DNA of 64,000 nucleotides from Desulfomonilia bacterium (GCA_963664325.2 CAXXDQ010000002.1:160001-224000), one strand, 5' to 3'. Shown: positions 37,195 to 46,996, numbered from the stretch's first letter. Translations and numbers: made by a program. Notes: generated by a model from the letters alone, not told the origin.

Positions 37195-37894
37195 TTACAA
37201 AAGGCTTGATCTGCCGCCCGGCTCGTGGGTTCTTGATGCCGGATGCGGAGGAGGCCGCCACCTCAGCGAGGCGTTCAGGTACAAGAATGTCCATGTCGTG
37301 GGAATCGACATGAACAGGGAAGATGCAACAAAGGCAAAGAACACGCTTAAGATAATGCGCCATGAGGGTGAGGACGGAGGCGGTATAGGCCACGTCTCCA
37401 TAAGTGATATAACGAAGCTGCCTTTCGCAGATGCCTCTTTCGATTGTGTAATCTGCTCGGAAGTGCTCGAGCATATCCCCGAACATGAAAAGGCCATCAG
37501 CGAAATATTAAGGGTGTTAAAAACCGGGAAATCACTTACTGTAAGCGTTCCACGTTATTTCCCGGAAAGAATATGCTGGGCCCTTTCACGCGAATACCAC
37601 AATGAAACAGGCGGGCATGTCCGTATATATAAAAGAAATGAACTGATAAAGATGCTGGAAGATGCGGGAGCAAAACTTGTAGGTTCGGGTTGGGCTCATG
37701 CGCTTCACAGTCCGTACTGGTGGATAAAATGTATGGTCGGCCACAAGAATGACGATGCATGGCCTGTGAGGCTCTATCATAAATTTCTCGTATGGGATAT
37801 TATGAAGAAACCGTTTCTGACCAGGTTTCTGGACAGAATCCTTAATCCTGTAATTGCCAAGAGCGTTGTTCTTTATCTGACGAAAGGTGAGTAA
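37181..37894 (+). CDS. Class I SAM methyltransferase (candidate 3-O-methyltransferase of MMP-type cluster)
   Basis: MLTVD, LDAGCGGGRH, SEVLEHIP, PERICWALS.EYH, HALHSPYWW.KC; overlaps GT4 stop. Confidence 0.8.
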   Translation: MLTVDYKRLDLPPGSWVLDAGCGGGRHLSEAFRYKNVHVVGIDMNREDATKAKNTLKIMRHEGEDGGGIGHVSISDITKLPFADASFDCVICSEVLEHIPEHEKAISEILRVLKTGKSLTVSVPRYFPERICWALSREYHNETGGHVRIYKRNELIKMLEDAGAKLVGSGWAHALHSPYWWIKCMVGHKNDDAWPVRLYHKFLVWDIMKKPFLTRFLDRILNPVIAKSVVLYLTKGE

Positions 37895-39008
37895 CATGGG
37901 TGTTGTAACTTCAATGGCTGTGCACGGTCATGCGGTTGATATGAATCTGCTGGCGGATTCCATTCTGAATCTGCAGCTTGCAACAGGTGAAATTCCCTGG
38001 CACAAGGGCGGGAAAACAGACCCCTGGGATCATGTTGAAGCAGCGATGGGGCTTTCCATAGCCGGTTCAATGGATGAGGCCAAGAAGGCTTATGAATGGA
38101 TGGCCGATTTTCAGAACGATGACGGAAGCTGGTATTCCGCTTATAAAAACGGTGAACCCGAGGACAGGACAAAGGAATCAAACATGTCCTCATATATCGC
38201 GGTAGGGGTTTTCCATCACTACATGATTACCAGAGACAAGCAGTTCCTGCGAAGCATGTGGGCTACGGTGAACAGAGGGATCGACTTTTCACTGGGCATG
38301 CAAACGCCGAGCGGAGAGATATACTGGGCGAGAAATCCGGAAGATCAAATTGATACGATGGCGCTCCTGACCGGTTCCAGTTCCATCTTTTTAAGCATCA
38401 GGTGCGCCCTTGCAATTGCCTATATCCTCGGCAAAAGCAGGCCGCAATGGGAAAAGGCTATGGTAAGACTGAGGGATGCCATACGTTTCAGACCCCACCT
38501 TTTTAACTGCGAAAAGGCCAGATATTCCATGGACTGGTATTATCCGGTTCTGTCGGGAGCCATGACGGGGCTTCAGGCAATCAAACGAATTGAGAAATCA
38601 TGGGACACGTTTGCCGTTGAAGGACTTGGCATCAGATGCGTTTCAGACAGGCCCTGGGTTACGATGGCCGAGACCTCCGAGCTTACACTCGCCCTTGCCG
38701 GAATGGGGAAAAGGGATCTGGCAGCACATGTTTTTTCCTGGATAAGCGATAAGCGCTTTGAGGACGGAACATACTGGTGCGGAGTAACATTCCCTGACGG
38801 CGTCATCTGGCCCGAGGATAAAATAACATGGACCAATGCGGTTGTCATGATGGCGCATGATGCCCTTATGGGTATTACAGCCGGTTCAAATATATTCAGC
38901 CATTCGTTCTGGGAAAGTACCGCCATTTCACAGCGCCACAGAAGTTTATTCATGGGGGAAAGCCTGAGAATAGAAAGTTCTGATCATACAGCAGAGATGA
39001 GAGGCTAG
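37887..39008 (+). CDS. (alpha/alpha)-barrel prenyltransferase-like protein, resembles MMP hydrolase MmpH
   Basis: GEIPW, DPWDHVEAAM, QNDDGSW, YIAVGVFHH, ALLTGSSS, RYSMDWYYPVL, PWVTMAET. Confidence 0.72.
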   Translation: MSNMGVVTSMAVHGHAVDMNLLADSILNLQLATGEIPWHKGGKTDPWDHVEAAMGLSIAGSMDEAKKAYEWMADFQNDDGSWYSAYKNGEPEDRTKESNMSSYIAVGVFHHYMITRDKQFLRSMWATVNRGIDFSLGMQTPSGEIYWARNPEDQIDTMALLTGSSSIFLSIRCALAIAYILGKSRPQWEKAMVRLRDAIRFRPHLFNCEKARYSMDWYYPVLSGAMTGLQAIKRIEKSWDTFAVEGLGIRCVSDRPWVTMAETSELTLALAGMGKRDLAAHVFSWISDKRFEDGTYWCGVTFPDGVIWPEDKITWTNAVVMMAHDALMGITAGSNIFSHSFWESTAISQRHRSLFMGESLRIESSDHTAEMRG

Positions 39009-39015
39009 GCTTAAA

Positions 39016-39738
39016 TTGATAAAGGATCACAGGCCTTATTACATCAAGAAGCTCGACCTCTGGTTCAGGGATTTTTATGTCGAGCGTTTTATAAAACCGC
39101 AGCTTGAATATCTCGGGGACGGCTACACATTCATGAAGCCCTGGCATGTCCATGTATTCGGCGGGCCCATAAGAATCGGGGAATGTGTCAATGTAATCTC
39201 GGCCCCTGATTACACGGTAAGGTTTACCATCTGGCCTGAAAACAAAGGGATGGGGAGCATTACGATCGGCAGCTATTGCCTTATATGCCCCGGGGTGAGA
39301 ATAAGTTCTGCAAACAAGGTGGTTATCGGCGATGACTGCATGATTGCAGGCAAGGCATACATTACCGATTCAGACTGGCATGGGATATATGACAGGGTAA
39401 CGTCAATGGGAAGGACTGCACCGGTGACAATCGGTAATAATGTATGGGTCGGTGACAGCGTCACCGTCTGCAAGGGTGTTACAATCGGTGATAACAGCGT
39501 TATCGGCGCAGGTTCCGTGGTCACGAAAGACATCCCTGCCGATTGCATAGCGGCGGGGAATCCGGCAAAAAAGATCAGGGATATTGACCCGGCAAAAAAC
39601 ATTCACAAACGTTCAGACTGGTTCTCTGACAGGGAAAGGCTTGAAATGGAACACGACGAACTTGACAGGAAGATGCTGAAGAATAATTCAATTCTGGGCT
39701 GGTTCAGGTCCATGGCATTTCCGAAAAGGGGCGACTGA
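39016..39738 (+). CDS. Left-handed beta-helix (hexapeptide) O-acyltransferase
   Basis: TDSDWH, APVTIGNNVWVG, GVTIGDNSVIGAGSVVTKDIP, GNPAK. Confidence 0.9.
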   Translation: MIKDHRPYYIKKLDLWFRDFYVERFIKPQLEYLGDGYTFMKPWHVHVFGGPIRIGECVNVISAPDYTVRFTIWPENKGMGSITIGSYCLICPGVRISSANKVVIGDDCMIAGKAYITDSDWHGIYDRVTSMGRTAPVTIGNNVWVGDSVTVCKGVTIGDNSVIGAGSVVTKDIPADCIAAGNPAKKIRDIDPAKNIHKRSDWFSDRERLEMEHDELDRKMLKNNSILGWFRSMAFPKRGD

Positions 39739-41324
39739 TGAGAGTCGCCATTGTCGCATCACCCTATCCGCTGGAAGAAGCGCCATCACCTCCGCTTGGC
39801 ATATGCTATGTGGCGGCGGCTTGTGAAGAGGCCGGAGCTGATGTAACGATACTGGATTACATCGTAAGAAAATATTCCCCTCTTAAGCTTGCAGCGGAAA
39901 TGGACGCCTTCAGGCCGGACGTTATCGGAGCAAACTCTGTCACCTTGAATTTCAAGGGCGCAGCGGCCATAATGCAGGATGCTAAGAGGCATAACCCGGA
40001 TGTGATTACCATGATGGGCGGTCCGCATGTGTCGTTTGATGCGGCAAGTACGTTGAGAAAATATCCCGAGATCGACCTCATCGTGATAGGCGAGGGGGAG
40101 GAAACGCTGAAAGAGCTGCTGCCGGTCATACAGAACCGTTCAAGATGGGAGCATGTGGCGGGAATAGCCTTCAGGAAGGATGGGGAAATAGTATTCACCG
40201 GAAGGCGGGAGTTGATCCACGACCTTGACACCCTGCCGAAACCGGCAAGGCATCTTCTGCCCATGAGCCGTTATCAGGCGCTCGGTTTCCCGGTAAGCAT
40301 CATAACCAGCCGGGGCTGCCCGAACCAGTGCATATTCTGCCTCGGCAGGAAAATGGTCGGGTACAAGCTGCGCTACCGCTCTCCCAAACTAGTGGTGGAC
40401 GAGGTGGAAGAGATTCTTTCCTACGGGTTTACGCGCATAAACATTGCTGACGACCTTTTCACATCGAACAAGGACAGGGTGAGAATATTCTGTGACGAGA
40501 TAAAAAAACGCGGGATCAAATTTACATGGACCGCATTTTCCCGCGTCAACACGGTCGATGAAGAAGTCCTTGCCATGATGAAGGAGACTGGCTGCGATAC
40601 GGTCAGCTTCGGGATCGAGACCGGCAATACGGAAATGATCAAGCGGATCAAGAAGGGTATAACGCTTGAGCAGGCCAGAAAAGCGGTTCAGGCATGCCGC
40701 AAGACGGGCGTCACACCTCATGCATCCTTTGTGATCGGCCTGCCAGGCGAGACCTGGGAGTCGATCAATGACACCAAAAAGTTTGCTGAAAGCTTAAATA
40801 TTGATTACGGCTATCACCTCCTGGCGCCTTTCCCGGGCACCACAATCTGGGAAGAGACCGACAAGTTCGACATCGAGATATTGACGGATGATTTTGACCT
40901 TTATGATGCAAACCATGCGATTGTCAAAACCTCGGCGCTAACACCCAAAGACATTGAAAACTTTATGAACGAACACCTGCATGTCCACGAGGAAATCTGG
41001 AAAGAGGTTGTCCGCCGTGTAGATGAAGGCATATCGACGGAATATGAATGGCTCCGCGTGGTAGGCCACAAGCGCATGAACCTTGTTTTCAAGATGCTGA
41101 ACGGCGACCTTGTTGAAGAACTTGGAAATTTCGATGAAAGCCGGGCCTGCATGGAAGGTCTGACAGCAAGAATTGCAGCGGCGACGGATACGAGTCTTGA
41201 ACTGACAGAGCAGACGCTCAAATCACTCAACAATGAAGGCTTTATCAAATCCCGCCAGACATCATCCGGGATTCAATGGTTCTGGACATTCAATAAATTC
41301 TCGGACTATCCGCCCGAGTTATAA
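39738..41324 (+). CDS. Cobalamin-binding radical SAM enzyme
   Basis: PPLG..YVAA, MGGPHVS, GEGE, TSRGCPNQCIFC, DDLF, GIETG, GLPGET, PFPGT. Confidence 0.92.
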   Translation: MRVAIVASPYPLEEAPSPPLGICYVAAACEEAGADVTILDYIVRKYSPLKLAAEMDAFRPDVIGANSVTLNFKGAAAIMQDAKRHNPDVITMMGGPHVSFDAASTLRKYPEIDLIVIGEGEETLKELLPVIQNRSRWEHVAGIAFRKDGEIVFTGRRELIHDLDTLPKPARHLLPMSRYQALGFPVSIITSRGCPNQCIFCLGRKMVGYKLRYRSPKLVVDEVEEILSYGFTRINIADDLFTSNKDRVRIFCDEIKKRGIKFTWTAFSRVNTVDEEVLAMMKETGCDTVSFGIETGNTEMIKRIKKGITLEQARKAVQACRKTGVTPHASFVIGLPGETWESINDTKKFAESLNIDYGYHLLAPFPGTTIWEETDKFDIEILTDDFDLYDANHAIVKTSALTPKDIENFMNEHLHVHEEIWKEVVRRVDEGISTEYEWLRVVGHKRMNLVFKMLNGDLVEELGNFDESRACMEGLTARIAAATDTSLELTEQTLKSLNNEGFIKSRQTSSGIQWFWTFNKFSDYPPEL

Positions 41325-41332
41325 AATATTTC

Positions 41333-42364
41333 TTACCAGGCCAGTCCGCCTGAAAACCTGACCTTTTTGTTTCCTTTGGTTATGGTTCCTATCGGATATG
41401 CCGGATGTCCATGGGCTTCAAGACGAGTTATCATTTCCCGAACCGAATCTGGAGAACAGACAACGGTCAGGCCGATGCCCATGTTGAACGTACGCAGCAT
41501 GTCGGCTTCGGACATGTTCCCTTCTTCTTTTATAACCCGGAATATCTCGGGCATGCGTATTAAACCAAGGTCTATGACTGCATCAAGGCCGGAGGGAAGT
41601 ATGCGGTTGAGATTGTCCTGAATGCCGCCGCCGGTTATATGAGCCAGTCCCATCAAGCCTTTATGATCAAAGAGGCCTTTTACTGCATTGTAATAACATA
41701 CATGGGGCAGCATGATTGTTTTAATGAACGTATTTCCGGACACGTCCCGGGTTTTGAGTTCGGGATTGTATTCCAGGAGTTTCCTGACAAGGGAATATCC
41801 GTTTGTATGAAGGCCGTTGGAGGCCACTCCGAGAACAATGCCCGCCTCTGTGATTTTTGAGCCGTCGATTATACTGTCTTTCTCAACCACTCCGATGGCG
41901 CTGGCGCTGAATATATAGGTTCCGTCGGCAATAACGCCGGGCTGAACGGATGTCTCGCCGCCGACAAGAACACACCCCTGTTCTCTGCAGGCTTTACTCA
42001 TATTTTGAACGAATGATGAAACCAGCCCCGCATCAACAGTTCCGCACACGATGCAGTCCTGAACATAGAGCGGTTCGGCACCCATTACGATGATGTCGTT
42101 AATGAGGTGGTTAACGAGGTCGTAAGCAATATCGGGTGTCCTGCCAAGCTCGTGCGCGATCTTCTGTTTCGAGCCGGGCTCCTCTGTTTTAAAAACAAGG
42201 ATTGGATGTTTGAGATTTGAAAACCGGCCTTCAAGAAGGCTGGCAAAGGCCCCCATGCGGTTTAATACCCTTTTGTCGCCGGAATTTACGCTGTCTGCGA
42301 TTTTTTCCTTGACGGCATCGGTTGCATTTATATCAACACCGGCTTTTTTATAGCTGAAGTTCAT
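41333..42364 (-). CDS. purM: Phosphoribosylformylglycinamidine cyclo-ligase (AIR synthetase)
   Basis: YKKAGVDI, GGET, SNGLHTNGYSLVRK, AHITGGG, RTFNMGIG. Confidence 0.95.
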   Translation of the reverse strand: MNFSYKKAGVDINATDAVKEKIADSVNSGDKRVLNRMGAFASLLEGRFSNLKHPILVFKTEEPGSKQKIAHELGRTPDIAYDLVNHLINDIIVMGAEPLYVQDCIVCGTVDAGLVSSFVQNMSKACREQGCVLVGGETSVQPGVIADGTYIFSASAIGVVEKDSIIDGSKITEAGIVLGVASNGLHTNGYSLVRKLLEYNPELKTRDVSGNTFIKTIMLPHVCYYNAVKGLFDHKGLMGLAHITGGGIQDNLNRILPSGLDAVIDLGLIRMPEIFRVIKEEGNMSEADMLRTFNMGIGLTVVCSPDSVREMITRLEAHGHPAYPIGTITKGNKKVRFSGGLAW

Positions 42365-42469
42365 TTCACCCTCTCTCTGAAAACCGAACTGAACAAATTA
42401 TTTTCTGTTTTAATAAGACCTTTAACAGGAGTCTGATTCCATGAGCAGGCTTATACCGGATAAGCGTGC

Positions 42470-43102
42470 CTATTCAATCTCCCCCGGTTTAAGCCTTTTG
42501 AGAACCCTCAGCGACCCTGTCCCGGGAAGTTCATGGAAAAGCCCTGTTGCGGCGGCTATTTTGTATACCTCGTATGGGGCTTGTCCGCCGTCCTTGGGGT
42601 CTTCGAATATATCATGCATCAGGAGGTAACCGCCGGGCATGATGTGCGACGACCACGACCTGTAATCTGCAAGGGCGGATTCAAATGCATGCGAGCCGTC
42701 AATGAAAACCAGCGACAGGGGAGTTGCCCACATGCGTGCCGTTACAAGGGATGTAGACACTATGGGCACAACGGTTTCTTCAAGCGATGCCATTTCCAGA
42801 GATCTTCTCAGGAATCTGAAGGTATCCACCCGTCCGGTATTGTTGTCAAAGAGTTCCGGGTCATGATATTCCTGGCCGGGCTGCTGCTCTTCCGAGCCTC
42901 TGTGATGGTCTATCGTAAAAAGGATACCGGAGTTTTCTTTGCACCCAAGGCCGAGATAGAGAGCGGACTTGCCGCAATAGCTTCCAATCTCAAGGCAAGC
43001 TCCCAGACAGCTTGCCTCTTTTGCGATTTCGTAAAGTCTTTTCCCTTCTTCTTCAGGCATGAACCCCTTGACAGGCAATCCGGGAATATCTTCAATCTTC
43101 AT
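42470..43102 (-). CDS. meT1: Class I methyltransferase (Methyltransf_24), resembles MMP 1-O-methyltransferase MeT1
   Basis: GFMPEEEG, EIGSYCGKS, DHHRGSEE.QPG.EYHD, FIDGSH, HDIF.DPKDGGQAP. Confidence 0.82.
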   Translation of the reverse strand: MKIEDIPGLPVKGFMPEEEGKRLYEIAKEASCLGACLEIGSYCGKSALYLGLGCKENSGILFTIDHHRGSEEQQPGQEYHDPELFDNNTGRVDTFRFLRRSLEMASLEETVVPIVSTSLVTARMWATPLSLVFIDGSHAFESALADYRSWSSHIMPGGYLLMHDIFEDPKDGGQAPYEVYKIAAATGLFHELPGTGSLRVLKRLKPGEIE

Positions 43103-43220
43103 ATCCAACCTCTAAGCAACGGTAAAACCCAAAGTCAAGGGAAAAGCCTTTTGGAATTTCAGGAGGGGAATGACCCCGCCTGAGCTGAGGCTGTTCCTCT
43201 CAGGCGGGACGGAGTTCGTA

Positions 43221-44147
43221 TTATGCCTTCTTCTTTGAAGCGCAGGGTTTGGCCGATTTTACACATCCGGATTTTTTTGCTGCAGGTTTTGCAGCTTTGA
43301 CTGCAGGTTTTGAGCATTTCGCCATTTTATCCACCTCCTTGTTTTCATTGTAACCAGGACCGTCAAGCTGCCTGTTCATCTTTCCGCTTTTGAATCCTTC
43401 AATGTCCAGGCCGTAAAAAACGAATCCCGATTTATGAAGCATATCGGCAATAACCTTCCTGTTGTTTAATACAGAATCAAAATCATCGGTTTCGATCATG
43501 GAAATGCCCCCATGATAACATCTCAGACGGAGGCTGCCTTTGCAGAATTTTTTTATGAACGTCTCTGCCGTGTCAACCCTTCTGAGCGCTTCACTATCCA
43601 GGCGCATCCCGTAGGCGAACCTCGTGCACATGCAGGGTGAAGGCTCGCTGTTCCAGACAGAGAGGCCCAGCTTTTTTGCCGCCTGCCTCAATTCGGGTTT
43701 GGTCAATTCATGCTCAGCGAAAGGATGCCATATCCCATCCTCGTCTGCAGCCTTTATGCCGGGACGGTAATCCGAGAGGTCGTCAAAGTTTACTCCATCG
43801 GCGATAATTTCGAAGCCGGACCCGGAAAGGGCTTTCTTGACCGCCCTCTGCCTTAATTTGCGGCATATGTAGCATCTTTCGGGTGGATTTGATGAAAATA
43901 CTGCATCATCAAGTTCATCGAGTTTTATTGTGAGAAGCTTTATGCCGATTTCTCCGGCGACAGCAGCAACCTGTTCTTTTTCCCGGGCCGGGGTGACGGG
44001 CGAATCTATGTTGACTGCGATTGAATTTCCGGGCAGGGCCGTTTTTGCGATCAGGCAGAGAAGAGCACTGTCGAGGCCGCCTGAAAACATTACGCCCAAT
44101 CTTTTTTTCTTTTTTATCGAGCTGCCAAGTGCTTCAATTTTTGTCAT
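43221..44147 (-). CDS. larE: NPN-cofactor sulfur transferase LarE with Lys/Ala-rich C-terminal extension
   Basis: PP-loop SGGLDS, NPPERCYIC, DGVNFDD..DYRPG, PCMCTR, GFKSGKMN. Confidence 0.9.
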   Translation of the reverse strand: MTKIEALGSSIKKKKRLGVMFSGGLDSALLCLIAKTALPGNSIAVNIDSPVTPAREKEQVAAVAGEIGIKLLTIKLDELDDAVFSSNPPERCYICRKLRQRAVKKALSGSGFEIIADGVNFDDLSDYRPGIKAADEDGIWHPFAEHELTKPELRQAAKKLGLSVWNSEPSPCMCTRFAYGMRLDSEALRRVDTAETFIKKFCKGSLRLRCYHGGISMIETDDFDSVLNNRKVIADMLHKSGFVFYGLDIEGFKSGKMNRQLDGPGYNENKEVDKMAKCSKPAVKAAKPAAKKSGCVKSAKPCASKKKA

Positions 44148-44892
44148 TTGAAGCGCGCCTTATGATTCTGAGTATCCTTATAGCTGCGGCGGATGCACCG
44201 ATGGTGTTGCCTATGTTGACTGTTACGACCCCGGGAGCGCAGGTCTGGAGCATGGATATCATGGCGCCGATTCCGCCGCCTCCGATCCCGTAGCCGACAG
44301 GAGTAGGTACTGCAATCACCGGCCTGTCGGTGACAGATGCAATAAGTGTAGGCAACGCACCTTCCATGCCTGCAAGGATTATAAGGACTTCGGCATCTTT
44401 CACATCGTTCAGGCTTATATAAGGGCGGTGAATCCCGGCGACTCCTGCATCAAAAAATGCAAGCGTCTTTGCGCCGGTTGCCTCCAGGACGAGTATGCAT
44501 TCCCTTGCAAACGGGATATCAGAGGTTCCTGCAGTGATGACGCCGACGGTGCCGAGGCTTTTATCTTCGGGCATGGCACCAACTGCCATCATCCTTCCCG
44601 CATTTTGAATCCCGGCTGAAGCAAACTTTGCCTCTATCGACGAGGTCTGCGTTTCCGAGACATTTGAGATGAGTATAGGCGATGATATTGACAGCATCCT
44701 TTCAACGATGGCCAGCACCTGCTCGGTTGTTTTTCCTTCCGCGAGCACAACCTCGGGGAAACCGAGTCTTTCCTGCCTGTGCATGTCCAGCATGAATTCT
44801 TCCCCGCGTTCGTAGAAAACTTTCATTATCATTTCTTTGGCCTGGGCATCATTAATCAACCCGGATTTGTATTGGTCCAATATTTCTTTCAT
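44134..44892 (-). CDS. larB: NPN-cofactor carboxylase/hydrolase LarB
   Basis: GFPEVVLAEGKT, AGTSD, DAGVAG, AGMEGALP, PVIAVPT.VGYG. Confidence 0.95.
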   Translation of the reverse strand: MKEILDQYKSGLINDAQAKEMIMKVFYERGEEFMLDMHRQERLGFPEVVLAEGKTTEQVLAIVERMLSISSPILISNVSETQTSSIEAKFASAGIQNAGRMMAVGAMPEDKSLGTVGVITAGTSDIPFARECILVLEATGAKTLAFFDAGVAGIHRPYISLNDVKDAEVLIILAGMEGALPTLIASVTDRPVIAVPTPVGYGIGGGGIGAMISMLQTCAPGVVTVNIGNTIGASAAAIRILRIIRRASNDKN

Positions 44893-46070
44893 TTTTCATC
44901 ACCTGCATCTTTCATATGGGAGAAAAGTCTTTTCGCAACCTCGTCCCGCAGCCTCTGGACAGGGATTTTCAGTTCTTCTGAAAGTCTTTTCATATCCTTG
45001 TATTCAGGCTTTTGCCTGAGAGTCCCGTCAGGCGTGACGACCTCTTTTATCCTGATTTTCCCATATGCGGTATCGAGTGGGAATTCCCGCCTCTCAAGGG
45101 TTTTCCTCTCTGCGGGGAAATATCTTACGCCGATTGTAGTTGTATGCAAAAGTATGGCCGAACATACCGGATCAAGGCTGTCCATTCCCGAAAGCACGCG
45201 CAGGACATTTCCCGGACGCCCCTCTTTCATGATGCACGGGATAAGGCACATATCGATTGCCCCCGCCTCTCTTATTTTACCGGCAGCGGCATCCCAGTCT
45301 TCGGGGACCATGTCATCGATATCTGATTCGATGACATAGACCTGTTCGTCTTTTACGGAAGTTTCGCAGAGAATCGACCTGAACATATTGGGCCAGCGCG
45401 GGAATGTTTTTGTCCCGCAGCCGCAGCCTGAACCCTTTATTACAAAACCGGGAAAAGACTCCGGTATGGTGAGGGACTTGATTACTGCAGCACCGGTTGG
45501 CGTCACCAGTTCTCCGACGATTTCAGTCATCCTTGTCGGCAGGCCTTCCATGAGCAAGAGGGTTGCAGGCGCGGGAACAGGTATGGTGCCATGCCTGGAT
45601 TCAACAGTTCCAGTACTCAGGGGCAGCGGGGTTGCGTATATGGCATCAGGCCTGAACCAGTCTATTGCTGCTGCAATTCCGACGATGTCGAATATGGAAT
45701 CTAGGGCGCCTACCTCATGGAAATGAACATCGCCTTCAGGGACTTCATGAACTCTGGCTTCCGCAGACGCAAGCAGGCTGAATATGTTAAGAGCCCTTTC
45801 CTTAATTCCTTCAGCAATCCCTGAAGAGCTGATGATGTTCCGGATATCCGCCCACGGGCGTTCGGTCTCTTCATCACGAACATCGAAACCGAGTTTAAGG
45901 CAGGAGATGCCGTTCATTTTTCTATCCTCAAGACGAATAGCCGGCTTTCCAAGACCGAGAAGTTCCAGCGTATCCTGTATATGGCTGACCGGACAACCCA
46001 GCCCGATAAGGCTGGCGAGAATCATGTCGCCGCTTGCACCTCCGACCGGGTCAAATATAAGGAGTTTCAT
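44889..46070 (-). CDS. larC: Nickel insertion protein LarC
   Basis: GASGDM, VHFHEVGALDS, HG..PVPAPAT, ELVTPTGA, IDDM, TTTIGVR, KPEY. Confidence 0.95.
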   Translation of the reverse strand: MKLLIFDPVGGASGDMILASLIGLGCPVSHIQDTLELLGLGKPAIRLEDRKMNGISCLKLGFDVRDEETERPWADIRNIISSSGIAEGIKERALNIFSLLASAEARVHEVPEGDVHFHEVGALDSIFDIVGIAAAIDWFRPDAIYATPLPLSTGTVESRHGTIPVPAPATLLLMEGLPTRMTEIVGELVTPTGAAVIKSLTIPESFPGFVIKGSGCGCGTKTFPRWPNMFRSILCETSVKDEQVYVIESDIDDMVPEDWDAAAGKIREAGAIDMCLIPCIMKEGRPGNVLRVLSGMDSLDPVCSAILLHTTTIGVRYFPAERKTLERREFPLDTAYGKIRIKEVVTPDGTLRQKPEYKDMKRLSEELKIPVQRLRDEVAKRLFSHMKDAGDEK

Positions 46071-46516
46071 TCTTTGAAAGATTCCTCTGCGCCATCAGCT
46101 TTCCCGATGGTGTCAGAAACAAGCATCCATACCCTGTCAAGAACGCCGTTTGCGAATGAGGGACATTTGGGTGAACCGAAGCGCTTTGCCAGCTCCACTC
46201 CTTCGTTTATCGCGACCTTGTACGGTATATCCTTTCTGATGGCCAGTTCATAAGTGGCTAGCCTCAGTATGTTGCGGTCGATACGGCTCATCCGGCTTAT
46301 CCTCCAGTTGGAAGTAGCCTTTTCTATCAGGGAATCGATGCCCTGAAGGTTATTAAGAACGCCTGCTACGAGGTCCTTTGCATAGGGTTTTACATATTCA
46401 TCTTCGATAAAGTGCACCAGAAAACTGTCCAGGGTCTCCTGCGTATGACGTCTGTTGACATCTGCCTGATAGAGATACTGCAAGGCAGCATCCCTGGCCC
46501 TGGACCTAACCTTCAT
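46067..46516 (-). CDS. nusB: Transcription antitermination factor NusB
   Basis: RSRARDAALQ.LY, DRNILRL, INEGVELAK, FANGVLD. Confidence 0.96.
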   Translation of the reverse strand: MKVRSRARDAALQYLYQADVNRRHTQETLDSFLVHFIEDEYVKPYAKDLVAGVLNNLQGIDSLIEKATSNWRISRMSRIDRNILRLATYELAIRKDIPYKVAINEGVELAKRFGSPKCPSFANGVLDRVWMLVSDTIGKADGAEESFKE

Positions 46517-46531
46517 AAACCGGACTGCTGA

Positions 46532-46996
46532 TCAGACCTGTGAGTAAAGGTCCATCATTTCAAGAAGCGACATGGCGGCATCAAAACCCTTGTTGCCGGC
46601 TTTCGTTCCAGCACGCTCCACGGCCTGCTCAATTGTGTCCGTAGTGAGCACACCGAAAATCACCGGGACATTGACTTCCATTGAAACATGGGCGATGCCC
46701 TTGGAAACCTCAGCAGAGATATAATCGAAATGCGGGGTGGAACCCCTGATTACTGCACCCAGGCATATTACGCCGTCAACGGTCCCGCTTGATGCGACCT
46801 TTTTTGCCACCGGCGGGATTTCAAATGAGCCCGGCACGCGGTATATGGTTATGTCTTTTGAGTTTAGGCCGTGTCTTGCAAGCGCGTCGAGTGCCCCGTC
46901 TATAAGGCGGGCAGTGATGAATTCATTGAACCTGCTCGCTATTATTGCCACTTTACGGCCTGCACCCAGCAGTTTTCCTTCAACTGTCTTTGCCAT
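46532..46996 (-). CDS. ribH: 6,7-dimethyl-8-ribityllumazine synthase
   Basis: [38 protein letters not shown]. Confidence 0.98.
   Translation of the reverse strand: MAKTVEGKLLGAGRKVAIIASRFNEFITARLIDGALDALARHGLNSKDITIYRVPGSFEIPPVAKKVASSGTVDGVICLGAVIRGSTPHFDYISAEVSKGIAHVSMEVNVPVIFGVLTTDTIEQAVERAGTKAGNKGFDAAMSLLEMMDLYSQV

Noticed and set aside
37887-39008. Squalene-hopene cyclase / hopanoid cluster
   Set aside because: Too short, no DXDD motif, single QW-like repeat; neighbours fit the MMP-type cluster better
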